Shown here: positions 12,635-23,875 of the stretch, piece by piece | How the letters are laid out: each line of letters begins with the position of its first letter | Position numbering within the stretch: position 1 is the first letter of the stretch | Assembly: GCA_010015805.1 (NCBI GenBank) | Contig: ML978130.1 | Location: 620,001-684,000, forward strand | DNA from: Rhizodiscina lignyota | Taxonomy: Eukaryota | Length of the DNA stretch: 64,000 nucleotides | Reading direction: 5' to 3' | Made by a program: the position numbers and the translations under genes | The notes under the pieces: model-generated | Databases searched by the model: none | Seen by the model: only the letters and a program-made list of their open reading frames with translations | Told to the model about the DNA's origin: nothing

Positions 12635-13477
12635 ATGTCTGAACGAAAGGTGCTCACGAAGTACTACCCGCCCGACTTCGATCCCTCTCAAATCAAGCGC
12701 GTGCGCCGTCCGAAGGATGCTGGCGTCAAACAGATACCCGTTCGCCTCATGGCGCCGTTCAGCATGAAGTGCACGGCTTGCGGCGAGTACATCTACAAAG
12801 GCCGCAAATTCAATGCGAAGAAGGAGACGACGGAGGAGCGATACTACTCTATCCCCATCTACAGATTCTATATCAAGTGTGTGCGATGTTCTGCGGAAAT
12901 TACCTTCAAGACGGATCCGAAACACATGGACTACGAGTGTGAGCGGGGCGCGAGGCGAAACTTCGAGCCATGGCGAGAGTCGAAACTTGCAGAGGAGACT
13001 GAGGAGGAGAGGCTGGATCGCCTAGAGAGGGAAGAGGCGGAGAAAGACGTGATGCAGGACCTTGAGGCGAAGGCGTTGGATGCGAAGACTGAGATGGAGA
13101 TTGAGAACAAGTTGGATGAGATCCAGATGAGGAATGCTGGAAGAGAAAGAGCTGCAAAGGGCGATGTGGAGCTGGCGAAAAGCCTGGCTGATGAGAGGAG
13201 AGCGCGAGAAGAAAAGGAGGACGAGGAGGCCGCGAGAAGGGCATTCGCATCAGGATTAGGAGAGGAGGAGATATTGGATGGAGAAGATGGATACTTTGAT
13301 GACGAAGCGGGTGGCACGAATGGCGTAAACGGAGCGTCTTTAAAAACATCGACCACTGCAGCTCCACCGACCGACCCTGTTCCTTCATTCAAGCGCGTGG
13401 TCAAGAAGAAGAAGGACTACGGTACGGCTCTGGGCATCAAGAAGAAGAAGGCTCTCGTCTCCTATGACTCCGACTGA
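12635..13477 (+). CDS. yju2: Splicing factor Yju2/Cwf16 (CCDC94)
   Basis: MSERKVLTKYYPPDFDPS, VRLMAPFSMKCTACGEYIYKGRKFNAKKE and FYIKCVRCSAEITFKTDP form the diagnostic N-terminal zinc-binding domain. Intronless, 280 aa. Confidence 0.96.
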   Translation: MSERKVLTKYYPPDFDPSQIKRVRRPKDAGVKQIPVRLMAPFSMKCTACGEYIYKGRKFNAKKETTEERYYSIPIYRFYIKCVRCSAEITFKTDPKHMDYECERGARRNFEPWRESKLAEETEEERLDRLEREEAEKDVMQDLEAKALDAKTEMEIENKLDEIQMRNAGRERAAKGDVELAKSLADERRAREEKEDEEAARRAFASGLGEEEILDGEDGYFDDEAGGTNGVNGASLKTSTTAAPPTDPVPSFKRVVKKKKDYGTALGIKKKKALVSYDSD

Positions 13478-13823
13478 AGATTCCCCCAGTTCATGAAAGA
13501 CCCAAGCACAGTCTATTCAACCAAGATAGCGTCTATTCAAGGGAGCAGTGCAGTCTTGATAGGTACTGGCTAAGTGATCTTGAGCTAACATCGACGACGT
13601 TACATTTGTTGAAGATGGAAACTCGTTTGACGCTGCGCGTCTCGACTTCCACCGGAAATCAGTTTGCTTTAGCTCTTCCAACAAATACGCCAAAGGTCCT
13701 CGACAGCGTACAAGTTACTTACATACTAGCTAAAGTATGTTATACTGGACTCCTAGCAACATTTCTGTATTGAAGAACGGCCTTTGAGCTTCATAAAGTC
13801 TAATTCGTCATTCGTGCGCCGTT

Positions 13824-14516
13824 TCAATCCAACATGCAACCGAATTCGCCGATATTATTGCACTCCTCCGCTCTTTGCGGATCGCGGACCATACATTGGT
13901 TGACATACTCTTCACCATTGATCATCATTTTTACACGATCCTTCTCTTTAAACCCATATCGCTGATACGTGCTCACACTTACTGGGCTTGCCTCCAGATA
14001 CGCGATGTCTCCTTTTGCGTCGGCAAGCTTGCAGACGTAGTTTAAGAGCATACCCCCGGCACCTTTTCGTTGGTGTGATGGATGCGTGGCAAGGAGTTCG
14101 AGGTCTATATGTCATTTAGCATAGCTATGGGTGGTCCGAGGATAAGTATCAGAGAACTCACACCAGTGCGGCCTCGAACCTATCAACGTGTGATGCATGT
14201 CTGCCATCTTCCTAAAGAAAGCCTGTGCTAGCTCTTTGTCTCCCCCTTCCGGCCATTGAGGCAGTGGCTCATCTGCCTTCCCTGCGACTGGACGATTCCA
14301 TTTCGCCCATGCAATGATCTCGTCTCCCTCTACGACTTTCAGGAATAGCGCGGTCGGATCTTTTATCTCAGCTTCGATGCTGTCGGTCCACCATTTTCGC
14401 ACAGGCGGGACATCAGGGAATGCTGTGAGTGCGAGAGGGTTTTGAAAGGAGAGAAAGTAGATTTCAATGAGGGTGTCAAGATCCGAGGGGAGCGCAGGAT
14501 GGAGCGAAAGAGGCAT
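13824..14516 (-). CDS. GNAT family N-acetyltransferase, 2 exons
   Basis: Splicing an intron of about 55 nt near 14105-14160 gives RPHWYLELLATHPSHQRKGAGGMLL (acetyl-CoA binding motif A) and AYLEASPVSVSTYQRYGF. Confidence 0.9.
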
Positions 14517-15499
14517 ATTCAAAATAAATGTAGATGACTGAATTCAATTCTGATGATGTTGAAAGACTACCACCGCTTGAAATATCTCGTGCAGTGAAGT
14601 TTTGTTCTTTTGAACAAAGTACATAAAATTTTGTTGCGAGGTGTCCAGCTAGAAGGGGAAGTCTTGCGAACCTTTAGAACAAATGGCAAATCCTTCGTTT
14701 TATTTATGTTCGGCCGAACTCTTTCAGCTTTCTGAGCTCCTGCTAGATTGGAACACCGTCACTCACATCTACCGCCAGGATATACCTTTAAGGTCTCCAA
14801 GTATTGACTAGTCGCGGTAAAGATGCAGCAGGCTTATTCAGCCCAATCGAAAGTTGATACTCAAACTGAAGGCACACCGTGCCGAACGCCAGATGTACCG
14901 AGATGGGGAAATGTACCCGGAGATCACACCTTCTCTTGCCTTTCCGCAGCTGCTGAAGAAGGCGGATGGATTTACTCATGCTGATGACTGTTGTAACAGG
15001 AGATCGTGTATGTAATCCTTGCATCGATCTGTGAAAGAGCCGCACTGACGCAAAAGGGAAAAGGGGCGCCATATCCAAATTTGGTTAGCTTCTATGCTGC
15101 CAATGGCCGGAGTTTTGCCGATATCGATATATATTCTCCCCAATCTTCCAAAGTTTTACAACCCATCCTAGTGCACGGGCGTTACGCGTAGCAGTGAAGA
15201 TTCGTCTGAGCTCGCGTTTTTGCTAGTTGAAAACTATTTATAGTTTGACCGCTTTGGTTGGTCTTCGTGATCGGCCAGGAATTTTTGAATAACCCAACTG
15301 CAAGCTCAGGCTTGAATCACTCTTTTCAGTATCTCCTCGGCCTTGTGCCGAGGAATGTGGAAGAGAATGAACGTGCTTGTGAGGCCCAGGCTCAAGCTTG
15401 TTGCCCTTGTTTGATTGTGAAAGTTATTGAGCCTCGGCTTGGTGTTTGAAAGGAGTGATCTTCGCTGCAGGTGAAAAGAGCTCCATCCTCCCGCTCAAA

Positions 15500-16828
15500 A
15501 TGTCGAAGACTGTCCTTGTTACTGGAGGTAAACCTCTCTTCATTTCATCTAATGACTAGTGATGAGGCGTTAATTGATGTGAAGGCAGCGGCCTACTCGG
15601 CCGCGAGGTTCTCAAGGCCTTCGAACGCGCTGGATGGAAAGCTGTGGGCACGGCGTTGACGCGAACAAATCCTCCCTCCATCGTCAAGCTTGATCTTGAA
15701 GATGAAGACGAGATTGAGAAGATCCTCGAGGATGTGAAGTAAGTTCTACAGCTCTAACTGAATCGCACATCATTACTGACACTTAGCTGTGGTCTAGGCC
15801 TGATGTTGTAGTGCACAGTACGTTCTCCTCTCCGTATCTCTTCGTCGGCCTCATCGGAGACCGTGTCGATGTGCCTTTTAGTCTCATAATCATTCCGCAT
15901 CACCCAATCTAACCACTCCTACAGGCGCAGCGAACCGCTTCCCCGATTTCTGTGAATCTTCACCACCCTCCGCCTTCGCGATCAACTCCACAGCCACCGC
16001 GACACTCGCCTCCCAAACCTTCCGCCGATCCATCTTTCTTCTCTACATTTCTACCGACTACGTCTTTTCCGGTCGCCCTGGCGAAGCGCCCTACTACCCT
16101 TCCTCTCCGACGCACCCGCCAAATGTATACGGCCAGACAAAGCGCGATGGCGAGATAGGTGTACTGAGGAACACCGGTGGCCCGGCGGATGGGAATGCAG
16201 ATGCAAGTGGACAGGACGGGTGGGATGATGGCCCGGCGGTGTTGGGTGCGGTGCTGAGGGTACCATTGCTATATGGCTCTGCGGACAAGGAGAAAGGCGA
16301 AAGCGAAAGCGCTGTTCATCCATTGGTCACAAGCGTGTACAAGGCTCAGTACATCAAGGCGGATGATGGGGACGCAAAGATCAAGATGGATGACTACGCG
16401 ATACGGTACCCAACATGCACGGAGGACGTGGGCAGAGTATGCGTAGACGTATCTACATTATACCTTGGAGAGCGGGATACGGAGGCGGACAAGAGAAAGT
16501 TCAAACAGCTGCCGAGGATTTTACAATTCAGCAGTGAGCAGAAGTACACGAAATATGAAATGTGTGAAGCACTGGCCGAAATACTGGGTCTTCCAGTAGA
16601 TGGGTTGCAGAGATGGGATCCCAGCAAAGAAGATGAGGGCAAGTCGGAGGGTGACAGCCAGACGGCGAGACCGTACGATTGCCACTTGGATACGGGGGCG
16701 TTGAAGGAGCTGGGAATCAATGTGAATTGTCTGGATTTCGTTGCGTGGTGGTAAGTCTCACATATGGTCCGAAGGAAATTGCCACTGATTTGAGCAGGAG
16801 ACGCGAGCTTCGAGCATTTCGGCACTAG
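15500..16828 (+). CDS. Extended SDR, RmlD-like (dTDP-4-dehydrorhamnose reductase / MAT2B-like), 5 exons
   Basis: Spliced MSKTVLVTGGSGLLGREV, KPDVVVHSAANRFPD, LYISTDYVFSG, NVYGQTK (YxxxK), VLRVPLLYG, RYPTCTEDV and RPYDCHL. Includes a 23-nt micro-exon near 15798-15820. Confidence 0.88.
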
Positions 16829-17595
16829 ACAGGCCTCTGTATCTTGAGTATTGTTCGGAGAGGCTTCTAACGACAGTCTCACTCCCGTCATTTCTTCCAA
16901 GAGGATAGCATCGCGTTATGCCTAGAGCGGCGATCCAGTCTGAGGGATAGACATCAGCTAACGATTCACGAATTCCTTCTTTTGATGATTTATTAACGAT
17001 GGTCTGGAGGATGTGCATTTCTCACATATCGTTCTATACAACTGTGATGAAGCTATCGGGAAGATACATAAGTTCCGTGATATGTAACTGCAGAAATGGT
17101 GACTCGGGCCGTTGAACTACCACAACGCAAAAGTGACCTTGAGAAACGATGTGAGCTTACAATCCTTGGAATGGATATTTTGGCTGTAAGAGATTTCACT
17201 TAACAGTTAAGAGAAGCACGCTTTATCTGCAGCTGGACAAATTTCGTCTTCTGTAGACCTTGAGCTTACCTAATCAAATAAGGGACAGGCATGCATTTTT
17301 GCTAGGTACTACCTGGTACTTCGTACTTCACCTTATTCTCCTCTTCGAAACGGAGTAATACGTCTGCCATCATTACAACCCCGAGTATCTCCCAAGAGCC
17401 CTCTGGCGTTGATAGAATGCCCACAAGGGCAATAAATCTACCGGTCTGACATTGTGCACGACGGATCACGGCTTCCACAACGTGCAGGCGCCACGCCGCT
17501 AAGGAGCCTTTCAATAGTAAGATATTTATCTGGTCTTCACGACGACCCCTCTTTTCTTCTATTCTGGTGTAGACATCGATTCAAACATCGCAAGC

Positions 17596-19461
17596 ATGGC
17601 TGAAGCCGGCGATATTCTTCTTCTTGTTCTCGTTGCTTTATCTGCAGCAGTTCTTGCCGTCCGTCCTGACAATGTTGCTCTCAAATGGTGTGCCTTTCTC
17701 GTTTTGCTTTACGTATGTGGCGTTATCGTCTACCGTCTATATTTCCATTCTCTTTCACGATTCCCAGGTCCGAAAATGGCGGGCCTGACATATCTCTACG
17801 AGTTCTATTATGACGTTCTCAAGGCCCCGGGCGGACAGTACTACTTAAAGCTGGAAGAATTGCACGGAAAATACGGTCCAATTCTTCGGATCACCCCCGA
17901 CGAGGTCCAAGTCAATGATGCAGATTTCTTCGAGAAGCTCTACGTTACCGGAAGCTCAAAGCGTCACAGATGGGAGACAGCTGGCACGGGGAAGACTTCA
18001 CCTGGATCGATTGCTGCAGCAGTATCGCACGACTTGCATCGCATTCGAAGGAACTCTCTCAGCAAGTTCTTCTCCAAAGCCGCAGTCATGCGTTTAGAAT
18101 CCAGGTTGCAAAGCAAAATGGCGTCGCTTTGCCAGAAGCTAGAGGAAGCCGTGCGTTGCGGGGAGATCATTAACATAAGCACCACCTTCTCCATGTTAAC
18201 CTTGAGTATTATTTCTGAATACTGTAGGCTCTCCAGTCACGATTTGAGGTGAAACTGATAGCTAACTGTCTTCCTGCACAGCTTTCGGCAAGTCGTGGGA
18301 TGACCAGGGCGAGGAGTTTGTTCTCACTATGCGAGAAGGCTTCAATTCGATGCACTTGCTTAAATATTTTCCAGTCATGCATTATGTCCCCAGACCAATC
18401 CTAGAGCAACTGCTTTCCGTCGCACGAGTAGTGAGCAAATGGGAAACTGTAAGTATCTCATCTTCTCCCTTTTCATGGAGCTACAACACATATATTTTCG
18501 GATAGGGCTGACCGCGGCTTTCAGAGAATTATTGGAGAAGTTCAGCGTCTCAAGGAGTCACGCGCATCGAAAGAAGCCCAAGCGGATGAGAAGGAGAGCT
18601 TGTTCTCCGAAGTGTTAGATAGCAGGCTTCCAGAAAGCGAGAAAGAGACACAGCGGATCGCAGATGAAGCTTTGATCCTTGTGATAGCGGGCACAGAGAG
18701 CACCTCCAGGACTCTATCAACTGCCATCTACCACATTCTCACGCAACCTGCCATTTTGTCCAATCTCCGAGACGAGCTCGACAAGGCGATACCCGACAGC
18801 AACGCTGAGATACCTGTGGCAAAAGCGGAGTTGCTGCCTTACCTGGTGCGTTATCTAACCGCGTCTTTTGCACCGCTGACAAGAGCGAGTAGACTGCTGT
18901 TCTCAAAGAAGCAAATCGCATTACCGCACTACTTACCAATCGCTCCCTGTTCACTGCGGAGCAGCCGCTACAGTACAAGGAATGGACCATTCAGCCGGGT
19001 GTATGTTTTCCATATGTTTTCCATGATAACATGTCACACGAACATCTAACGAGTTACGTAGGCTGCTATGTGTGTAAACTACAGAGCAGTCCTTTACAAC
19101 GAGGACATTTTCCCGGAACCAGAGAGGTTTGATCCGTCCCGCTGGTTAGGCGACTCGGAAGAGGTACCGCGGCGAAATCGCCATTTCATAGCTTTTGGCA
19201 GAGGACACAGGTCATGCTTGGGTGTAAAGTAAGCCTGTCATTCAATTACACCCTTCGCATACAACTTGCTGATCGTGTTGCAATAGTCTCGCTTGGGCGG
19301 AGCTGTATCTGGCTGCGGCGAATATGTTCCGAAAATTCGATATGCAGCTGCACGACACGGTCTATGAGAGAGATGTGAAGATTGTGCGGGATTGCAATGT
19401 GGGCTTCCCTTCTCTGCAATCGAAAGGTGTACGGATTGAGATTCTCAACAGGAGGTCGTGA
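17596..19461 (+). CDS. Cytochrome P450 (trichodiene-oxygenase-like fungal group), multi-exon
   Basis: N-terminal membrane anchor, LSRFPGPK, KYGPILRITPDEV, I-helix AGTEST, KEANR (ExxR), PERFDPSRW, and heme motif FGRGHRSCLG. Frame is restored with 5 GT-AG introns. Confidence 0.93.
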
Positions 19462-22105
19462 CCTTTGGAAGAAGCACGGTGTCCTTGACTACCTGTGGGG
19501 TAGTATATTGATATTATGATGATAACTAGGCGGGAAAGTCAATCATCAGCCTCTTCGGTGCATGTATGTAGAGTCAGCAAACTATTCCTTTGGAATGGCC
19601 TAGTCAGGTTTTCGTCAGATTATAGGCATTGCACTTACGGGTCCGAGAATCGACAATGTGGATAACTGACCAATAGCGACAATGCTTCGAGCACCCTCCG
19701 TGAAGAGCTTCTGAAGGAAATCTCACGTTGGCCAAGTTTTCGATTTCGTAAACCTTGACGAAGACTCATGGCTCTTTGAGTTATTCGAGAATTACTGTTG
19801 AACTCGGAGCGGTTGTCTCGTTAATCGGGAGTCTTTATTCAAATTGTAAAGATGCTACAAAAACCCCATAATAAGATTTATCTAGGTACGCATTGTTCCC
19901 CGCGAAATTAGTGTCGTTCATCATCGTTATTCCCCTTCTCGAACCCTTCCTGTTCAAGTTCGAAAGCAGAGTAATGTCCAGGTAGGGTATGTACGGCATT
20001 GGTGTGATCGACTGCAGGCCTTACTTAGGCGCAGCACTAGCATGCAGGAGGCCCTCCATGAACCGCTTGTGAGACCAACGTAATTATCTGCCTAACTGTC
20101 GTTCGCTGACTGGTGTAGTCGTCAGATAATTCAAAGGCCACGGCCTTGAAGAAATAGGCGCTTTATCATTGCAGAATGCAGCTGTACTCAGCGGGGAGAA
20201 ATGGGTCTTCGGGAATTGAAACAGAACCTGAATGCCCAGAGCCAATTGACCCGACATCCCTGTACTCTGTAGAGAAGACTGGTAGTTTCAATGCCACTGA
20301 GTCAAGCCTTCGACCTCGAACAACACTCTCCGAGAAGTTCATGCGAGAAGAGTAGCACATAGATTGAATTCGGAGATGGTGCAGGAGCTGCGCGTTTGAC
20401 GAGGGATGGAATTTGATGTTTCTCTGAATGCAACCACAAACATCGCGAGGACAAACTATATCGTGGCACATTAAGCTGCAGTTCCGTTTACCAAATGAAC
20501 GGAGAGCGCCCACAATGTGATGGGTCGCAGGAAAGGCAGGTTGCGACGACGAGAAAGACCTCAATGGTGAAGAAGCAGAGTCAAAAGAAAAGGCGCGGGA
20601 GAGACTCCGCTTGAGGCTCCAAATTCTGCAAGGAACATGCGTCGTTTCAGCTGCAGGGCAGCGGAGAGCCTGTCGGCCACAGGGTCTGGTGGTCAATGGC
20701 CCCTTTGGCGGTTTCAAGAAAATGAATCTCCGCATTGCCAAAAGGCATGGGCAAAAAGGCGCATGCGAACGACGCGCACGGCCAGCAAATCCCCCTGAGC
20801 AGCGCCTTGGAGAAGCGGCCGCCGTCCTGGGCGCGTCGAGGGTCGGCGCGTGCGACCGGTGTGCAGCGTCCGCGGCTCTGGCCCCGTGGCGATGATCTGC
20901 CAGCCTATCAGTCAATCGATAGGACGACATCATCGTCTCCACCGCCATCCCTACGCAACCTCCCACTGCCTCCTGTCCTCCTTCACTGACTTCCATTCCC
21001 GCGCTCACACTTCTCCTGCGTTTCGAAACCGCTCTTGCGCAGCCAGTATGGTCCAATGTACGCACCTGCATTGATCGTCGCTGAGCTGCTCTCCCCGCCG
21101 AACCGCTCGCCGCTCATGACTCCGCGCGACTCAGGCCTTTCTCGACTCGTCGAAATGGCAAGCAGGTGATCCGTCTGCCTACGCAAGCGTCACAGATCTT
21201 GGCTCCGTCGTGCGCGAATGGAGTCTATGTGCCGACACTAAGCATTCTCGCGTGCTACAGCGCGTGGGGAATAACCTACCATCTGCGTGAAACAAACAAT
21301 TCTCTGTACCTGATCCGCTGTGGCTGCATCATGTCTCCGAAGTCGAAACCATGGCCACATTGCAGGCTTCCAAAAGCTTGTTTCCCACGCTAAAGTAGCC
21401 AGTGCAGCAATCGCCCGTTATAAGTATCACTTCCTCCTCAGATGTGGTCCCTTGCTCTTCCATCGCAATCGGTCGACCACTGTGCGAAGCTTTGTCCTTG
21501 TTCTCGTCCTTTTCTCTGTACAATTTATCGCATTGCCTGTGGCAATTGCACGACTGTCCTTTTGAGACTTCTGCGAAGCCTTCGAGAACTCACACTCCTT
21601 TACTGTCTCTGAGAGATCGATTTGGTGCAACACCTCGGAAAAGCCATTTGACAGCCCGCCAATCTCCACGTGCCGCCAAGGTCAGTCATTAATTTTGCTC
21701 TTTGTTGTAGCCACAATGCCAAAACTTTGATGTGTTGTGTTTCTTTTGTTCTTTGTTGTCGCTTGTTTGTGGAAGTGACTGTGTGTTATTGTTGTTTTGT
21801 CTTATTGCCAGCCACCCTTTTCGACCTTCACATCCTCATATACCTTCACACATAGCATTGTTCTCGTGACGTTGCGCGCTTTCCTCAAATGTCTATTCAT
21901 AGTGTGGATCACCAGAACACAAGCTCACCATAATTGCAGGAAGTATAAAAACTTTCTCTGCCACCGGAGCCAGCACTTCTTTTCCACCACCCCACTTGCA
22001 CCGCAAGCAACTTTGATCGCCGGCAGGTCTAGCGATTCTACACTCTCTCAAGAGCCAAGCGCAAACTTCTCGAACTTCAGCATCACGCTCCCTCCGATCA
22101 GCATC

Positions 22106-23341
22106 ATGTTCGGCGTACTCTTAGCCACTTCGGTTCTTACCCTGTTTTCGGGCGTCCATGGCCACATGGTCATCACTTCGCCAGTGCCCTTCGACCAGAC
22201 CGCACTCAACAACTCCCCTCTCAACGCTGATGGCTCAGACTTCCCTTGTAAAGTCGGTGGCGGTTCAGGCTACACCTACTCCGTCACCAAGATGAACGAG
22301 GTTGAGGTCGGCCAAGCCCAGAACATCTCGTTCATGGGTAGCGCAGTTCACGGTGGTGGCTCTTGCCAGATCTCGGTCACTCTGGACAAGAACCCTGACA
22401 AGAACAGCCAGTGGAAGGTTGTTCATAGCATCATCGGTGGCTGCCCAGCCAGCATCCCTGGAAACGTGCCAGCTGATACCGCCACCTACACCGGTGCTCC
22501 CCTCGCCAGCTTCCAGTGGACCCTCCCGAAGGGCATGCCTAATGGTCAGTATACTATGGGTTGGACCTGGATAAACAAGATCGGAAACCGCGAATTCTAC
22601 ATGAACTGCGCCCCTATCCAGGTGACTGGTGGTGCCAGCAACAACGATGTTTTCGACAAGCTCCCCGATATGTTCGTCGTCAACATCCCGCCAACCACGT
22701 GTGCTATCCCGCAGTCCGTCAACTGGGTTTACCCCGACCCTGGTGACAGCGTCGAGACCGCCGAATCCTCCGACCTTGCCAGCACTTTCGCTGTTAGCGC
22801 CGGCTGCGCGTCCGTCACAAACTTGGGCGCCGGCGCGGGTAAGGCTGGCACTCCAGCTCAGGCTACTGGCGCTTCCAGCGGCTCTGATTCTGGCGCTAGC
22901 TCCGCCGCTGGTGGAATGATCGGTTCTTCTCCTACGACTGCTGCCCCCGCCGCAACTAGCGCAGCTGGAGGCGACGCAGGTGGCGTTTTCGCTCCAGGAG
23001 CTTCCTCTGCTTCTCCGGCAACTACCATGGCTACTAGCGTCGCTCCAGTTCCCGCTGCCACTAGCGCTCCTGCGGCATCTGCTCCTGCGGCACCCGCTCC
23101 GGCCTCTGGATCCTCCGGATCTTCTGGATCTTCTAGCGGTAGTGGCAGCACTGGCTCAACCTGCACAACCAACGGTGCCATCGTCTGCAACGGCTCGACT
23201 CAATTCGGCCTCTGCAATAACGGCAACGTCGTCTGGCAGGCTGTGGCGGACGGTACGACTTGCTCCAATGGGCAGGTCATGAAGCGCTCCTACCGCCCTC
23301 ACGCACACATGCGTCGCAACACATTCGGCTACGACTTCTAA
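22106..23341 (+). CDS. AA11 lytic polysaccharide monooxygenase with Ser/Ala/Gly linker and C-terminal Cys-rich X278-type module (CWR-1-like architecture)
   Basis: Signal peptide MFGVLLATSVLTLFSGVHG followed by His1 (HMVITSPVPF). AA11 motifs NSPLNADGSDFPCK, GSAVHGGGSCQIS and WTWINKIGNREFYMNCA. C-terminal module CTTNGAIVCNGSTQFGLCNNGNVVWQAVADGTTCSNG. Confidence 0.93.
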   Translation: MFGVLLATSVLTLFSGVHGHMVITSPVPFDQTALNNSPLNADGSDFPCKVGGGSGYTYSVTKMNEVEVGQAQNISFMGSAVHGGGSCQISVTLDKNPDKNSQWKVVHSIIGGCPASIPGNVPADTATYTGAPLASFQWTLPKGMPNGQYTMGWTWINKIGNREFYMNCAPIQVTGGASNNDVFDKLPDMFVVNIPPTTCAIPQSVNWVYPDPGDSVETAESSDLASTFAVSAGCASVTNLGAGAGKAGTPAQATGASSGSDSGASSAAGGMIGSSPTTAAPAATSAAGGDAGGVFAPGASSASPATTMATSVAPVPAATSAPAASAPAAPAPASGSSGSSGSSSGSGSTGSTCTTNGAIVCNGSTQFGLCNNGNVVWQAVADGTTCSNGQVMKRSYRPHAHMRRNTFGYDF

Positions 23342-23875
23342 GCCACGGCTTTTATCAATTCAAGCAGCTTGATGTTTTCCTCCTTCCTTCTAACGGCAAC
23401 TTCTTTACGACATGGGTTCGATCGGGATTTGCAAGCATCATCAGCGAAGGCAAAGGGAAGATATGACTGCATCGCTTTCGGAGTTCTTTGATTTTCCATA
23501 GGGACTTGCTTTAGCCTTTTCATAGGCCTGATTTTTGTTTTTCTTTTCTGCATTTTGCACATTTATCTAGGGACATATCACGATTGGGTTCTTCCGACAG
23601 GAACGAACAGCAGTGTTCCACTGCCTGAGGATACTGTATATCGGTATTCGCAAATAGAAAATTCACTTCTTCACAATTTCGATGTTTTGATTGTCTGTAC
23701 TGTGACTTGGCGGTACCTCGTCGTACCAAGCTTGATACCCACTTAACGCCCCGTGAGCGGTTCTGAAACGTTGCTGTAACACAAGGGCATTAGAAAGCTT
23801 CAATCAATTACTTGCGCCAATCTCTCCGTCAATGATTCTCCTTCCCCTTTACCCGTCCGCCTTTCCGCTTGCTCT

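Noticed and set aside
13824..19461. GNAT + RmlD-like + P450 as a secondary-metabolite cluster
   Set aside because: No PKS, NRPS or terpene synthase backbone, transporter or regulator is present in the window.
20166..21071. 301-aa minus-strand ORF upstream of the AA11 gene
   Set aside because: Arg/Ala/Ser-rich with no recognisable domain; likely a chance ORF in GC-rich regulatory DNA.
21797..22105. 103-codon in-frame extension of the AA11 ORF
   Set aside because: It starts at a non-ATG codon. ATG 22106 gives a proper signal peptide followed by the required His1.
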